Below are positions 18,326 through 26,525 of a DNA stretch of 64,000 nt, one piece after another. A model generated the notes under the pieces. The model was not told the origin of the DNA, made no database searches, and worked only from the letters and a program-made list of their open reading frames with translations. The position numbers and the translations under genes were made by a program. This stretch comes from Clostridia bacterium (lineage in GTDB: Bacteria; Bacillota; Clostridia; Oscillospirales; CAG-272), in NCBI GenBank assembly GCA_017446155.1, contig JAFSRI010000053.1, positions 78,018 through 142,017 of the forward strand, read 5' to 3'. Positions within the stretch are counted from its first letter, which is position 1. Every line of letters begins with the position of its first letter.

Positions 18326-19201
18326 TTATTTTTTGATTATGATAACAAGGTTGGATGACCAGTAGCAATCGGTGAACGCAACCTGTGCCTGACGTTCCTC
18401 TGTGGGTGACATGCCCGCTATGATGCCGTCGATAGTACCCGACTGAACTGCGGGAATGAGAGATTCCCATGCGTAAGCGTAAACTTCGAGTTTCATACCG
18501 AGTTCAGCCGCAATGTATTTTGCCATTTGAACGTCATATCCATTTGCGTATCCGGCGCTGTTGGCTATCTTTACCGCGCCGTTTACGTCTGTAAGCTGTG
18601 TCCAGTTATACGGTTGATAGTCGCATTCCATGGCGATTTTAAGCGTACCGTTGGACGTGTCGGTATTTGATGAAACAAGCGCGGGCGCGTCGCTTGAAAC
18701 GGCAGTTACATCCTCGGAGAGCGTCACCATCTGACGCATCAGCGCCTCTCTTGTCTGCTCGGATATGCCTGCTATTACAGCGTTAACTTTTTCAACCTTG
18801 TCACTGCCGAGCTTGAACGCGACGGCAATACCGACGTCAGCCGCTGTGGCTTTAAAGCCCGTCGTGTTATTTTCGAGTTTTATGTAATCGCAGCTGCTGT
18901 CTTTTGCGCAAACTGACCAAGCGGTCGGCTCCTCTGCCACATAGCCGTCGATAGCGCCGGAATTGAGGGCGTTAAGCAGCAATGAGAACGAGTCATAGTC
19001 ACTTATATTGACGCCCGTCACCTGTGCTCTGAGAGCGTCAAGGTGGAACGTGTTTGTTTGAGCGGCAATATTTGCGCCTGTGCCGTTGAGTTCGGAAATG
19101 CTTTTAATGTTGCTTATGTCTACTTTTTGTCTTTGTCCGCAGGACGTGAGCGCCAAAAGCGCGAGAGCGATTGCAACAACCATTGATAAGATCTTCTTCA
19201 T
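18326..19201 (-). CDS. amino-acid ABC substrate-binding lipoprotein, circularly permuted family-3 SBP
   Basis: Lipobox LALTSC. The canonical N-lobe block (GYDV...WESLIPAVQSGTIDGIIAGMSPTEER...FTDCY) sits at the C-terminus. The canonical C-terminal block follows the signal peptide. Confidence 0.8.
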   Translation of the reverse strand: MKKILSMVVAIALALLALTSCGQRQKVDISNIKSISELNGTGANIAAQTNTFHLDALRAQVTGVNISDYDSFSLLLNALNSGAIDGYVAEEPTAWSVCAKDSSCDYIKLENNTTGFKATAADVGIAVAFKLGSDKVEKVNAVIAGISEQTREALMRQMVTLSEDVTAVSSDAPALVSSNTDTSNGTLKIAMECDYQPYNWTQLTDVNGAVKIANSAGYANGYDVQMAKYIAAELGMKLEVYAYAWESLIPAVQSGTIDGIIAGMSPTEERQAQVAFTDCYWSSNLVIIIKK

Positions 19202-19230
19202 TTCGAGATCCTCCTTAAAAAATATAAATC

Positions 19231-19261
19231 AAAAAGCGGTCAATGAATGCACATCGACCGC
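19231..19261 (-). terminator. riboswitch expression-platform terminator
   Basis: Minus strand: GCGGTC, 14 nt, GACCGC, then TTTTT. It ends about 30 nt before the SBP start codon. Confidence 0.7.
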
Positions 19262-19297
19262 TCGGTTAATTTCAGCGAAACGATAGCACTCCACACT

Positions 19298-19448
19298 CTT
19301 TGTGTGACAGTCGCCGGAGTATTTCTCCGTCGCCCAACGAAATTGCGGGGAACGCAAATTCGTTTCGGCGAAAATTCCTTTCAAACGTTATCCGCGGCTT
19401 TCCTCAGCCTCAAACGTCCTACTTTTAATTTTCGCGCCTCTATCAAAG
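19298..19448 (-). promoter_or_regulatory. lysine riboswitch (L-box) aptamer
   Basis: The minus-strand RNA has the L-box core in order: CUUUG-AUAGAGGCGCGAAA...AAAGUAGG...UUGAAAGG...UUCGCCGAAAC-[hairpin]-UGGGCG-[CGGAG-AAAUA-CUCCG]-GCGACUGUCAC-CAAAG. Confidence 0.7.
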
Positions 19449-19487
19449 TTTATTAAATTGTTTTCATTTGCCGCCCTTGACGGGTGT

Positions 19488-19516
19488 ATTCTATCACAAC
19501 ACATTTCTCTTGTCAA
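19488..19516 (-). promoter_or_regulatory. sigma-70-type promoter of the riboswitch-ABC operon
   Basis: Minus strand: TTGACA(19516-19511), 17 nt, TAGAAT(19493-19488) with TGa extended -10. Confidence 0.6.
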
Positions 19517-19668
19517 TACGTTTTAAAAAAGAAAACGAAAAATATACAAAAAAACGTTTTGTTTTTTGTTAAAATTTTTGCTTTTACATATATGCAAACG
19601 GAAAAAGTTTTGATATAATATAAATCGGAACAAAAAATCATTCGTTAAAAAAATGGAGGTTTTGCCGT

Positions 19669-21150
19669 ATGTCGAGCGGAAAAAAGAACAAAGGGGCGGT
19701 TGCCGCCAAAGCGAGAAGAGCAAAGCTCGCGGCGGCAGAACGCGAGGCAAAACGCAAAAGAACAAAGAAAACCTTAAAGACGGCGCTTACGGTTGCGGCC
19801 GCGGTTGCGGCGGTTGCGGCGATATTTATTGCGGCGATATTCATATATAAGGCAACGGGGACGGAGTTGAGAAAGAAAACGGCGGCTGAAAGCGAGCATT
19901 TTTCAGTCAACGGCGCTGAGATGGCATATTTTATCTATGACGCTTACAGCGATTTTCAGGGCTATTTCGGAAATTACATCGGACAACTCGGGCTTGATAC
20001 GTCAAAACCGCTTAAAAAACAGACGTATTACGGCGACAGTTTTGATACTTGGTATGACTATTTCGTTCACGAGGCAAGCTCAACCGTAAACGATACGCTT
20101 TTGCTTTGCGAGAAAGCATATGCCGACGGGGTTGAACTTGACGGTGAAGAAAAAGAAGCCGTAAATGAAATGGCGAGTCTTTTTGAACTGAAAAAGTGCG
20201 GCAACGGCGTAAAACGCGCCGACGTTGAAAGTGCGATGACGCTCCTTGCTCTTGCGGCAAAGTATAAAAATATTTGTTATGATTCATACGGCATAACAGA
20301 GGGCGATATTGACGAATACTACGCTTCACATAAGACCGACTTTGACAAGGCGGGATACAAGAGATATACGTTTGAATACAGCGAGGACGGCGGCTTTGAC
20401 AGGGAAGCGGCGATGAGGGCGGCGGAAAAAATTGCCCGGGCCGCAAACGCCGGCGAGTTTGAAAAAAATCTCTCGGACGTGCTGAAAGACCTCGGCGCGA
20501 GCGACGGCGATATTGAAAAAGCGCTTGCGTCGGTCGATTTTTCGGACGCTTACTCCCAAAGCGAGGCAGGGGAATTTCTGTTCGGTGCGGCTGTGAACGA
20601 TACAAAGGTGATCGATTATCCAACCGACAGACAGGTGAGCGTTTATATGCTGACCTCATCTCCATCGCCCGATACGGAGCGGACGGTGAACGTCCGCAAC
20701 ATAATGCTTGACAGTCACAGTTGCGGAAGCACGAAAAAAGCGGCGGAAACAGCGGAAAGAGTCTTTGAGAAATGGCGCGGCGGCACGGCTGACGAAAACT
20801 ATTTTGCAAAGCTCGCGCGGCTTTACTCCGGTGATTTTGTAACCGCATCCGACGGCGGACTTTATGAGGGAGTGACCGAGGGGAGCACTTATGACGAGTT
20901 TGACGCTTGGTGTTTTGACGGGACGCGCAAATACGGCGATTGCGACGTTGTTGCCGTTACGGACGGCATAATGACGGAAAACATAAGCGGATATTATATA
21001 CTGTTCTTTGCGGGCGAGGGCTTGCCCGTATATAAAGCGCAGATAAAGGCGCAAATTGCGGGCGAAAGATTTATATCAATGCTGAACTCGCTTGCAAACA
21101 CGGTTGAAATAAATCTATATGACAATATATTTGACGGCATCTCGATATGA
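19669..21150 (+). CDS. membrane-anchored parvulin-type peptidyl-prolyl isomerase (PrsA/SurA-like)
   Basis: Polybasic N-terminal tail plus a TM helix. PpiC-like block VNVRNIML...GGLYEGV. GGAGG RBS. Confidence 0.7.
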   Translation: MSSGKKNKGAVAAKARRAKLAAAEREAKRKRTKKTLKTALTVAAAVAAVAAIFIAAIFIYKATGTELRKKTAAESEHFSVNGAEMAYFIYDAYSDFQGYFGNYIGQLGLDTSKPLKKQTYYGDSFDTWYDYFVHEASSTVNDTLLLCEKAYADGVELDGEEKEAVNEMASLFELKKCGNGVKRADVESAMTLLALAAKYKNICYDSYGITEGDIDEYYASHKTDFDKAGYKRYTFEYSEDGGFDREAAMRAAEKIARAANAGEFEKNLSDVLKDLGASDGDIEKALASVDFSDAYSQSEAGEFLFGAAVNDTKVIDYPTDRQVSVYMLTSSPSPDTERTVNVRNIMLDSHSCGSTKKAAETAERVFEKWRGGTADENYFAKLARLYSGDFVTASDGGLYEGVTEGSTYDEFDAWCFDGTRKYGDCDVVAVTDGIMTENISGYYILFFAGEGLPVYKAQIKAQIAGERFISMLNSLANTVEINLYDNIFDGISI

Positions 21151-21171
21151 CGATATGAAAGGATAAAAACA

Positions 21172-22695
21172 TTGAAAGCATTAAGGGCAAAACTCAGAGA
21201 GGCGTTCCTTTCGGTAATTCCGGTGGCGGCGATGGTTGTAATTTTAAATTTTACGCCGCTTGTGGACTTAACTTTAAAAGAATTATTGATATTTTTAGCG
21301 GCGGCGGTGTTTCTTGTTCTCGGAATAGGTCTGTTCAATCTCGGCGCTGACCTAGCCATGACTCCAATGGGGGAACATATAGGCGCAGGCCTTACAAAAT
21401 CGAGAAAAACCGGTGTGCTTCTTGCCGTCTGCTTTTTCATGGGTGTGCTTATCACCGTCGCCGAGCCGGATCTTTCCGTGCTTGCGGCGCAAGTTTCGGA
21501 TATTATCAACGGCACGGCGCTTATTATCACAGTCGGCGTCGGTGTAGGGCTGTTTCTCCTTTTGGCTGTACTTAAAATTGCATACAGAAAGTCACTTTCG
21601 GCGATACTTTTGTTCTTTTATATGGCGCTTTTCGCTTTGGCGTCACTTGTCATGACGAACGGGAACAACGGCTTTATTCCGCTCGCATTTGATTCCGGCG
21701 GAGTTACGACCGGTCCTATTACCGTTCCGTTTATAATGGCGCTCGGCGTCGGCATTGCCGCGACGATAGGCGGCCGCGACATTGGGGAAAACAGCTTCGG
21801 TCTTGTCGCGCTGTGCTCGGTGGGGCCTATACTTTCGGTGTTGATACTAGGCATATCGGCAGAAGGAAATATGACGTATTCCTTGCCCGATTATTCGATT
21901 GAAAGCCATCTCGGCGGTGGCTTTATTACAACCGTTCTTCACACAGCAAAAGACGTGATAGTGGCGCTTGGGCTTGTCACTGTGTTTTTTGTGATATTGC
22001 AGTTTGCATTTTTGAAACTGCCGAAAAAGAAACTGATCCACATCGGTGTGGGCATTCTTTATACATTCGTCGGTCTTGTCGTCTTTTTAACGGCGGCGAC
22101 GGTTGGATTTATGCCTGTCGGATATAAACTCGGTTATCAACTTTCTTCAAACGCGCCCGTGTGGCTTGTGTCGTTCGGACTGATACTCGGCATGGTAGTC
22201 GTGCTTGCGGAGCCGGCGGTGCACGTCCTTAACCGTCAGGTAGAGGAGATCACAGAGGGCACGGTGAGCAAAAAGTCAATGATGATAGCGCTGTCGGCAG
22301 GCGTGGGCATATCGATAGGCCTATCTATGATACGAATAATCTTCGATTTCAGCATTCTTTATTATCTCATTCCGGGGTATCTTATCTCGCTTGGACTTTC
22401 GTTCTTCGTTCCCGGAATATATACCGCGATAGCATTCGACTCGGGCGGCGTTGCCAGCGGCCCGCTTACGTCAGGTTTTATATTGCCGTTCGCAATAGGC
22501 GCATGCTATAATTTGCTTGGCGATGGTAAGATCCTTTCCGACGCGTTCGGAATCGTGGCGATGGTTGCCATGACGCCGCTTATAACGATACAGCTGCTTG
22601 GTTTTCGCGCGGTAATGTCAAAGCGTATGAGCGAAAAAGCGGCGATGAAACGTATACTCAGTTCTGACGACGAGCAAATAATAGATTTTATGTGA
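21172..22695 (+). CDS. DUF1538 family polytopic membrane protein (two internal repeats)
   Basis: TTG start. About 12-14 TM helices. Duplicated motif FDSGGVTTGPITVPF / FDSGGVASGPLTSGF, one per half. Confidence 0.75.
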   Translation: MKALRAKLREAFLSVIPVAAMVVILNFTPLVDLTLKELLIFLAAAVFLVLGIGLFNLGADLAMTPMGEHIGAGLTKSRKTGVLLAVCFFMGVLITVAEPDLSVLAAQVSDIINGTALIITVGVGVGLFLLLAVLKIAYRKSLSAILLFFYMALFALASLVMTNGNNGFIPLAFDSGGVTTGPITVPFIMALGVGIAATIGGRDIGENSFGLVALCSVGPILSVLILGISAEGNMTYSLPDYSIESHLGGGFITTVLHTAKDVIVALGLVTVFFVILQFAFLKLPKKKLIHIGVGILYTFVGLVVFLTAATVGFMPVGYKLGYQLSSNAPVWLVSFGLILGMVVVLAEPAVHVLNRQVEEITEGTVSKKSMMIALSAGVGISIGLSMIRIIFDFSILYYLIPGYLISLGLSFFVPGIYTAIAFDSGGVASGPLTSGFILPFAIGACYNLLGDGKILSDAFGIVAMVAMTPLITIQLLGFRAVMSKRMSEKAAMKRILSSDDEQIIDFM

Positions 22696-22701
22696 CGGAG
22701 G

Positions 22702-23106
22702 ATGACCGTGAAAAAAGACGAAAAAACATTGACGGAAGAAAAGAAAAAAGTATCGGCACGAAAAAAACCGTCGCCGAAAAAACTTAAACTTCTTTTCACG
22801 ATAGTAAACAGAAACAAGGGCGAACTTTTTACCGATCTTTTGCAGCCGTTTGATATAAATATGCAGATGCTTGTGGCGGCTCACGGAACGACCAAAACCG
22901 AAACGTTACAGCTGTTGGGGCTTACCGAAAGCGACAAGGTGCTTATATTAAGCGTCGTCCGTTCCGACAGAGCGGGCGCGGCGCTGAAAATGCTTGAAGA
23001 AAAGTTCAAAACCGTAAAGAACGGCGACGGGATAGCGTTCACCGTGCCGATGTCAAGTGCACTCGGCGTCGCGGCATACCAGTTTTTAAGCAACGCAAGA
23101 ATGTGA
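22702..23106 (+). CDS. PII-like signal-transduction protein with polybasic N-terminal extension
   Basis: The core, about 105 aa, has a beta-alpha-beta-beta-alpha-beta-like pattern. The start may be the GTG at 22708, which has better GGAGG spacing. Gap of 7 nt to the DUF1538 gene. Confidence 0.6.
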   Translation: MTVKKDEKTLTEEKKKVSARKKPSPKKLKLLFTIVNRNKGELFTDLLQPFDINMQMLVAAHGTTKTETLQLLGLTESDKVLILSVVRSDRAGAALKMLEEKFKTVKNGDGIAFTVPMSSALGVAAYQFLSNARM

Positions 23107-23115
23107 GGTGTAAAA

Positions 23116-23481
23116 ATGAAATACGATAACGAAATTATATTTTGCATTGTAAACGCCGGTTTCAGCGAGGCGGTGATGGACGCGGCGCGTCAGTTCGGCG
23201 CACGCGGCGGGACGGTGCTTCGTGCGAGAGGCACGGCAAACCCTGAATCTGAAAAGATATTCAACATAAAAATTCAGCCCGAAAAAGAGATTGTGATGAT
23301 ATTGTGCAAAAAAGAACTAAAAGAGGGCATTATGCATGGGCTTTACCGCTCTGTCGGACTTGATACGGATGGGCACGGTATTGCCTTTTCGCTGCCGGTG
23401 GACGGGGTAGTCGGAATAAAAGAGTTTTCCGACGCTAAATCCGATGACAAGGCGGGCGCTGACGGGGGAGATAAAAAATAA
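23116..23481 (+). CDS. PII family protein
   Basis: GARGGTVLRARG motif and PII-like length (121 aa). GAGGTG RBS. Confidence 0.7.
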   Translation: MKYDNEIIFCIVNAGFSEAVMDAARQFGARGGTVLRARGTANPESEKIFNIKIQPEKEIVMILCKKELKEGIMHGLYRSVGLDTDGHGIAFSLPVDGVVGIKEFSDAKSDDKAGADGGDKK

Positions 23482-23534
23482 GGGCAAATCCGGCGTAACG
23501 ATTTACAAGTGATTTTATGCTTAAAGAGAATATG

Positions 23535-23567
23535 AAAAAAGCAGGCTGAAAAAACAGCCTGCTTTTT
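23535..23567. terminator. bidirectional intrinsic terminator
   Basis: GCAGGCTG-AAAAAA-CAGCCTGC between an A-run and a T-run. Confidence 0.75.
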
Positions 23568-23577
23568 GACGTTTGTT

Positions 23578-24021
23578 TTAAAAATTTTTGATTTTGTGCT
23601 TTTTCGGCGCTTTTTGCTTTTTTCCCGCGCCTGCTATCCCTGCGAAAACCGATGTCAAAACCGCCGCCGGAGCGCATATCGCAAACAGCGGTAATTTTAT
23701 GCTTGAAGCTGTCGCCAAAGCGAACAGCACGACGATGAGCACAAACGTTGCGCCCGCCGCAAGGCCTGTCACGGCACCGCCGGAGCGTTTGTATGCGGCG
23801 GATTTATATCCCGCGATGTAACTCGAAATGAAAAACGCCGCCAGCGCCATTATCGGCGCAAATTTATCGGGATCGTCAAGGAAAATGCCGGCCACGGCGC
23901 AGAGCGCGAGCAGAACGACGCCTGCGGCAATTCCCCAAAGCGTGCCGAAAAGCACGCAAATAAAAAAGTTTTTTTCTGTCGGTTGAGTCTGTGTGAAACG
24001 CGATCTTGCCGTTTTATTCAT
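23578..24021 (-). CDS. small polytopic membrane protein (TIGR04086/YrzE-like, from memory)
   Basis: 4 TM helices. The ATG at 24021 lies 6 nt after GGAGG; the track start at 24027 abuts the SD. Confidence 0.55.
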   Translation of the reverse strand: MNKTARSRFTQTQPTEKNFFICVLFGTLWGIAAGVVLLALCAVAGIFLDDPDKFAPIMALAAFFISSYIAGYKSAAYKRSGGAVTGLAAGATFVLIVVLFALATASSIKLPLFAICAPAAVLTSVFAGIAGAGKKQKAPKKHKIKNF

Positions 24022-24100
24022 AACCATCCTCCGTTTTGGGCTTAGCGTTACTTAATACTATGCTCGCGGTGGACAAATTATGAAAGGCAAGTCTGTTTTT

Positions 24101-24511
24101 TTATTTGTTTTCCTCTTTTTTATCGGTTGTCGGCTCATCTTCGCCCTTTTTCTTTTTGGGCGTTTTTACGGGTGCCGGGGGAGTATAGGGCTGGCCGTCA
24201 CGCATGTCGATACTGCGAAGAGCTGAGCGCTGGAATGTGATGCGTGTTTTTTCGTTGCTTGTAACTATTGTGAAAAGATCGTCCTTAACTCTTACAACAA
24301 CGCCGACAATACCGCCGATTGTCGTTATCTCGTCGCCCACTTGAAGGCTGTTTTTGAGTTCGTTTGCCTGACGTTCCTGATTTTTCTGAGGACGTATGAC
24401 GAGAAAATAAAATACAACGACGATGAGTATAAGCGGAATAAATGTGATAAGTCCGCCGAGGGTGCCGTTCTGGCCTGTCGCCGCAGTTTCTGCAAGAAGC
24501 ATGAAATTCAT
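24101..24511 (-). CDS. yajC: preprotein translocase subunit YajC
   Basis: Matches the YajC core: LIVVVFYFLVIRPQKNQERQ...LQVGDEITTIGGIVG. Confidence 0.85.
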   Translation of the reverse strand: MNFMLLAETAATGQNGTLGGLITFIPLILIVVVFYFLVIRPQKNQERQANELKNSLQVGDEITTIGGIVGVVVRVKDDLFTIVTSNEKTRITFQRSALRSIDMRDGQPYTPPAPVKTPKKKKGEDEPTTDKKEENK

Positions 24512-24948
24512 ATTGAAAAATACCTCACAAATTAATTTTTTTTATAGTATACAATATTTTTCCTCATTTTTCAAGTATATATTTCGTAAACATTTATTGA
24601 ACATGAAAAATGTTGAATTATTTGTTATGTTGCGCGGCGGCTTTGATGGTTACGAATTATGCGCGGCTTTAAACTGCTCGACAAGCGTAAAGTTGCCCGT
24701 CCCGACAGACGGTTGAAGCATCGCAACGGATAAACTTTGATAATAACATAATAAACGCGCTTGTCATTATTGCTGACATTTTATTTTAATTGCGTTTATA
24801 AATCGATTACTTGAACATAACGGTGCTTTGTGTAAGAAACATAATAAATGGATTTTTTCGAGAAATGTTATTACATAAAAAATTAAATCACATCAAACAG
24901 TTTTTTATGAGAAAAAATGTGAAACATCGCATTTCTTTGATTATAAAT

Positions 24949-24979
24949 AAAAAGCCAAAGCGTCGATGATGCTTCGGCT
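24949..24979 (-). terminator. intrinsic terminator after mazF
   Basis: 9-bp stem, AGCCAAAGC(24953-24961)/GCTTCGGCT(24971-24979), including one G-U pair. T-run on the minus strand. Confidence 0.65.
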
Positions 24980-24987
24980 TTTGACCG

Positions 24988-25416
24988 TCACGCCGTTACG
25001 GCGGGTATGCCCTCCGCTGTTTGCGGAGCTCTTGTCGGCTCTTCGCTCTGCGGGGTGTTCTCTCCGCCCAATCCGAAACTGACGGTGATGGCGCTGTCCA
25101 CCCTTTGCATAAGTACGTCGTCGATATGCCCGAGCTTTTCGCGCAGGCGTCGCTTGTCGATTGTCCGTATTTGTTCGAGAAGGATGACGGAATCTTTTGC
25201 CAATCCTACCGATTCGGCATATACGTCAATATGCGTGGGCAGTTTTGTTTTGCTTATCTGGCTTGTTATGGCGGCGGCTATCACCGTGGGACTGTACCTG
25301 TTGCCTATGTCGTTCTGAACTATAAGCACGGGCCGCAGACCTCCTTGCTCGCTGCCGACAACGGGGCTGAGATCAGCATAATAAATATCTCCGCGTTTGA
25401 TGTTCAATTTTTTCAC
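24988..25416 (-). CDS. mazF: MazF/PemK (EndoA-type) endoribonuclease toxin
   Basis: [29 protein letters not shown] motif. GTG start. C-terminal extension of about 25 aa. Confidence 0.85.
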   Translation of the reverse strand: MKKLNIKRGDIYYADLSPVVGSEQGGLRPVLIVQNDIGNRYSPTVIAAAITSQISKTKLPTHIDVYAESVGLAKDSVILLEQIRTIDKRRLREKLGHIDDVLMQRVDSAITVSFGLGGENTPQSEEPTRAPQTAEGIPAVTA

Positions 25417-25828
25417 ACTCTCTTTTTTATGAACTTGGAAGGCTTTTACCTTTCATCTTTATTTTTCCCTTTGATACACATGTTTTAATCAAGGAAATAT
25501 CTTCAAAATTCGTCATTGTTTTTATTGTTCCCGGAGCAACCCGGAATTTGCGGTTGCCCTTGATATTATTTTATTTGCAAGCGACGTTTTTTGACAAAGA
25601 AAAGCCGCAATTTATAACTTGGGTGCCGGTCGCTTGCATAAAATATAACAGCAGAAGAAAAAACTATATTCGGAAGGTGTCGTGCAAAAGTGAAAATATA
25701 TAAAAATCAAATGAAAAAACTTTCAAAATACAGCGATAGCAGCCGACAAAAGCCGGTATCGACAAAAGAATAATTATCGCCTTAAAAGTGGCAAAAAATG
25801 CCATAACCATAAAAAATGGCGGAAATAC

Positions 25829-25857
25829 TTGATTTTTTTGAAAATCTATGGTATAAT
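25829..25857 (+). promoter_or_regulatory. sigma-70-type promoter of pcp
   Basis: TTGATT, 17 nt, TATAAT with TGg extended -10. Confidence 0.55.
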
Positions 25858-25908
25858 CGGCATAAGTATAAGGATTATTATACGAAACACGGCGTCAGAT
25901 GAATAAAA

Positions 25909-26523
25909 ATGAATAAAAAAATTTTGCTTACTTGCTTTGAGCCTTTCGGCGGTGAGAGCATCAACCCGTCGTATGAGGCGGTGATGAATCTTTCGTCGCC
26001 GGACGGCATGGAACTTATTAAAACCGTGCTTCCCGTAGAATGGGGAACGTCTGCTGAAAAACTTATCTCGATATGGGAAAAAACCTCTCCCGACGCCGTG
26101 ATAATGACGGGGCTCGCCGGAGGAGCTGACAAAATAAGAATTGAGCGCGTGGGGATAAACCTCTGCGGCGCCGTAAAAGACAACAGAGGAAAGTACCCTT
26201 CCGGAGAAGAAAGCCCGTGCGAGACGCCGATAGACCGTGCGATGCCGGTCGCATTTTTCTCAACTTTCGACTATGCCTCGATACTTCGGGGTTTGCGTGC
26301 CGAAAATATTCCCGCGACATACTCGTTTTCCGCGGGGACGTATATCTGCAATTACGTGCTTTTCTCGGCACTTGCAAAAAATCATAAGGACAAGGGGCGT
26401 ATACCGATAGGGTTTATTCACGTGCCATATTCGGAAGCGCAAGGAAAAGCCGTTTTCATGAAACAGGCGGATATTACCCGCGCTGTCGGAACGGCCATCA
26501 TAAACGCATTTACGGGGGATTGA
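25909..26523 (+). CDS. pcp: pyroglutamyl-peptidase I
   Basis: LLTCFEPFGGESINPS N-terminus, nucleophile region GTYICN and a C-terminal HVP His. Confidence 0.9.
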   Translation: MNKKILLTCFEPFGGESINPSYEAVMNLSSPDGMELIKTVLPVEWGTSAEKLISIWEKTSPDAVIMTGLAGGADKIRIERVGINLCGAVKDNRGKYPSGEESPCETPIDRAMPVAFFSTFDYASILRGLRAENIPATYSFSAGTYICNYVLFSALAKNHKDKGRIPIGFIHVPYSEAQGKAVFMKQADITRAVGTAIINAFTGD

Positions 26524-26525
26524 AT

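Noticed and set aside
17594-18358. Long antisense ORFs that mirror real genes almost end to end: 17594-18358 (254 aa), 8388-9101, 9243-10157 (304 aa), 20012-20848 (278 aa), 33567-34301 (244 aa), 51016-51771 (251 aa) and 55974-56597 (207 aa).
   Set aside because: Each lies entirely inside a strongly supported, motif-bearing CDS on the other strand. They have Arg/Cys/Phe/His-rich low-complexity composition, no Shine-Dalgarno and no recognisable motif. These are typical shadow ORFs.
19202-19520. T-box riboswitch as the identity of the ABC-transporter leader.
   Set aside because: A GA-like motif and AGUA are present. However, there is no T-box consensus (GGUGGUACCGCG-like) in the antiterminator region and no AG-bulge or distal-loop elements. 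The ordered L-box strings fit much better.
24630-24730. GC-richer patch in the yajC-mazF spacer. It has a short direct repeat (TGCGCGGCGGCTTTGA / TGCGCGGCTTTAAA), a CCGTC/GACGG hairpin and the track ORF 24423-24716.
   Set aside because: The ORF has no RBS and crosses the yajC promoter region. The repeats are short and I cannot match them to any RNA family. Noted only.
25428-25516. 29-codon ORF upstream of mazF ([29 protein letters not shown]) as a mini-antitoxin.
   Set aside because: It has no Shine-Dalgarno, is far shorter than any MazE/PemI/RHH antitoxin and shows no DNA-binding motif. It is kept only as a remark in the mazF finding.
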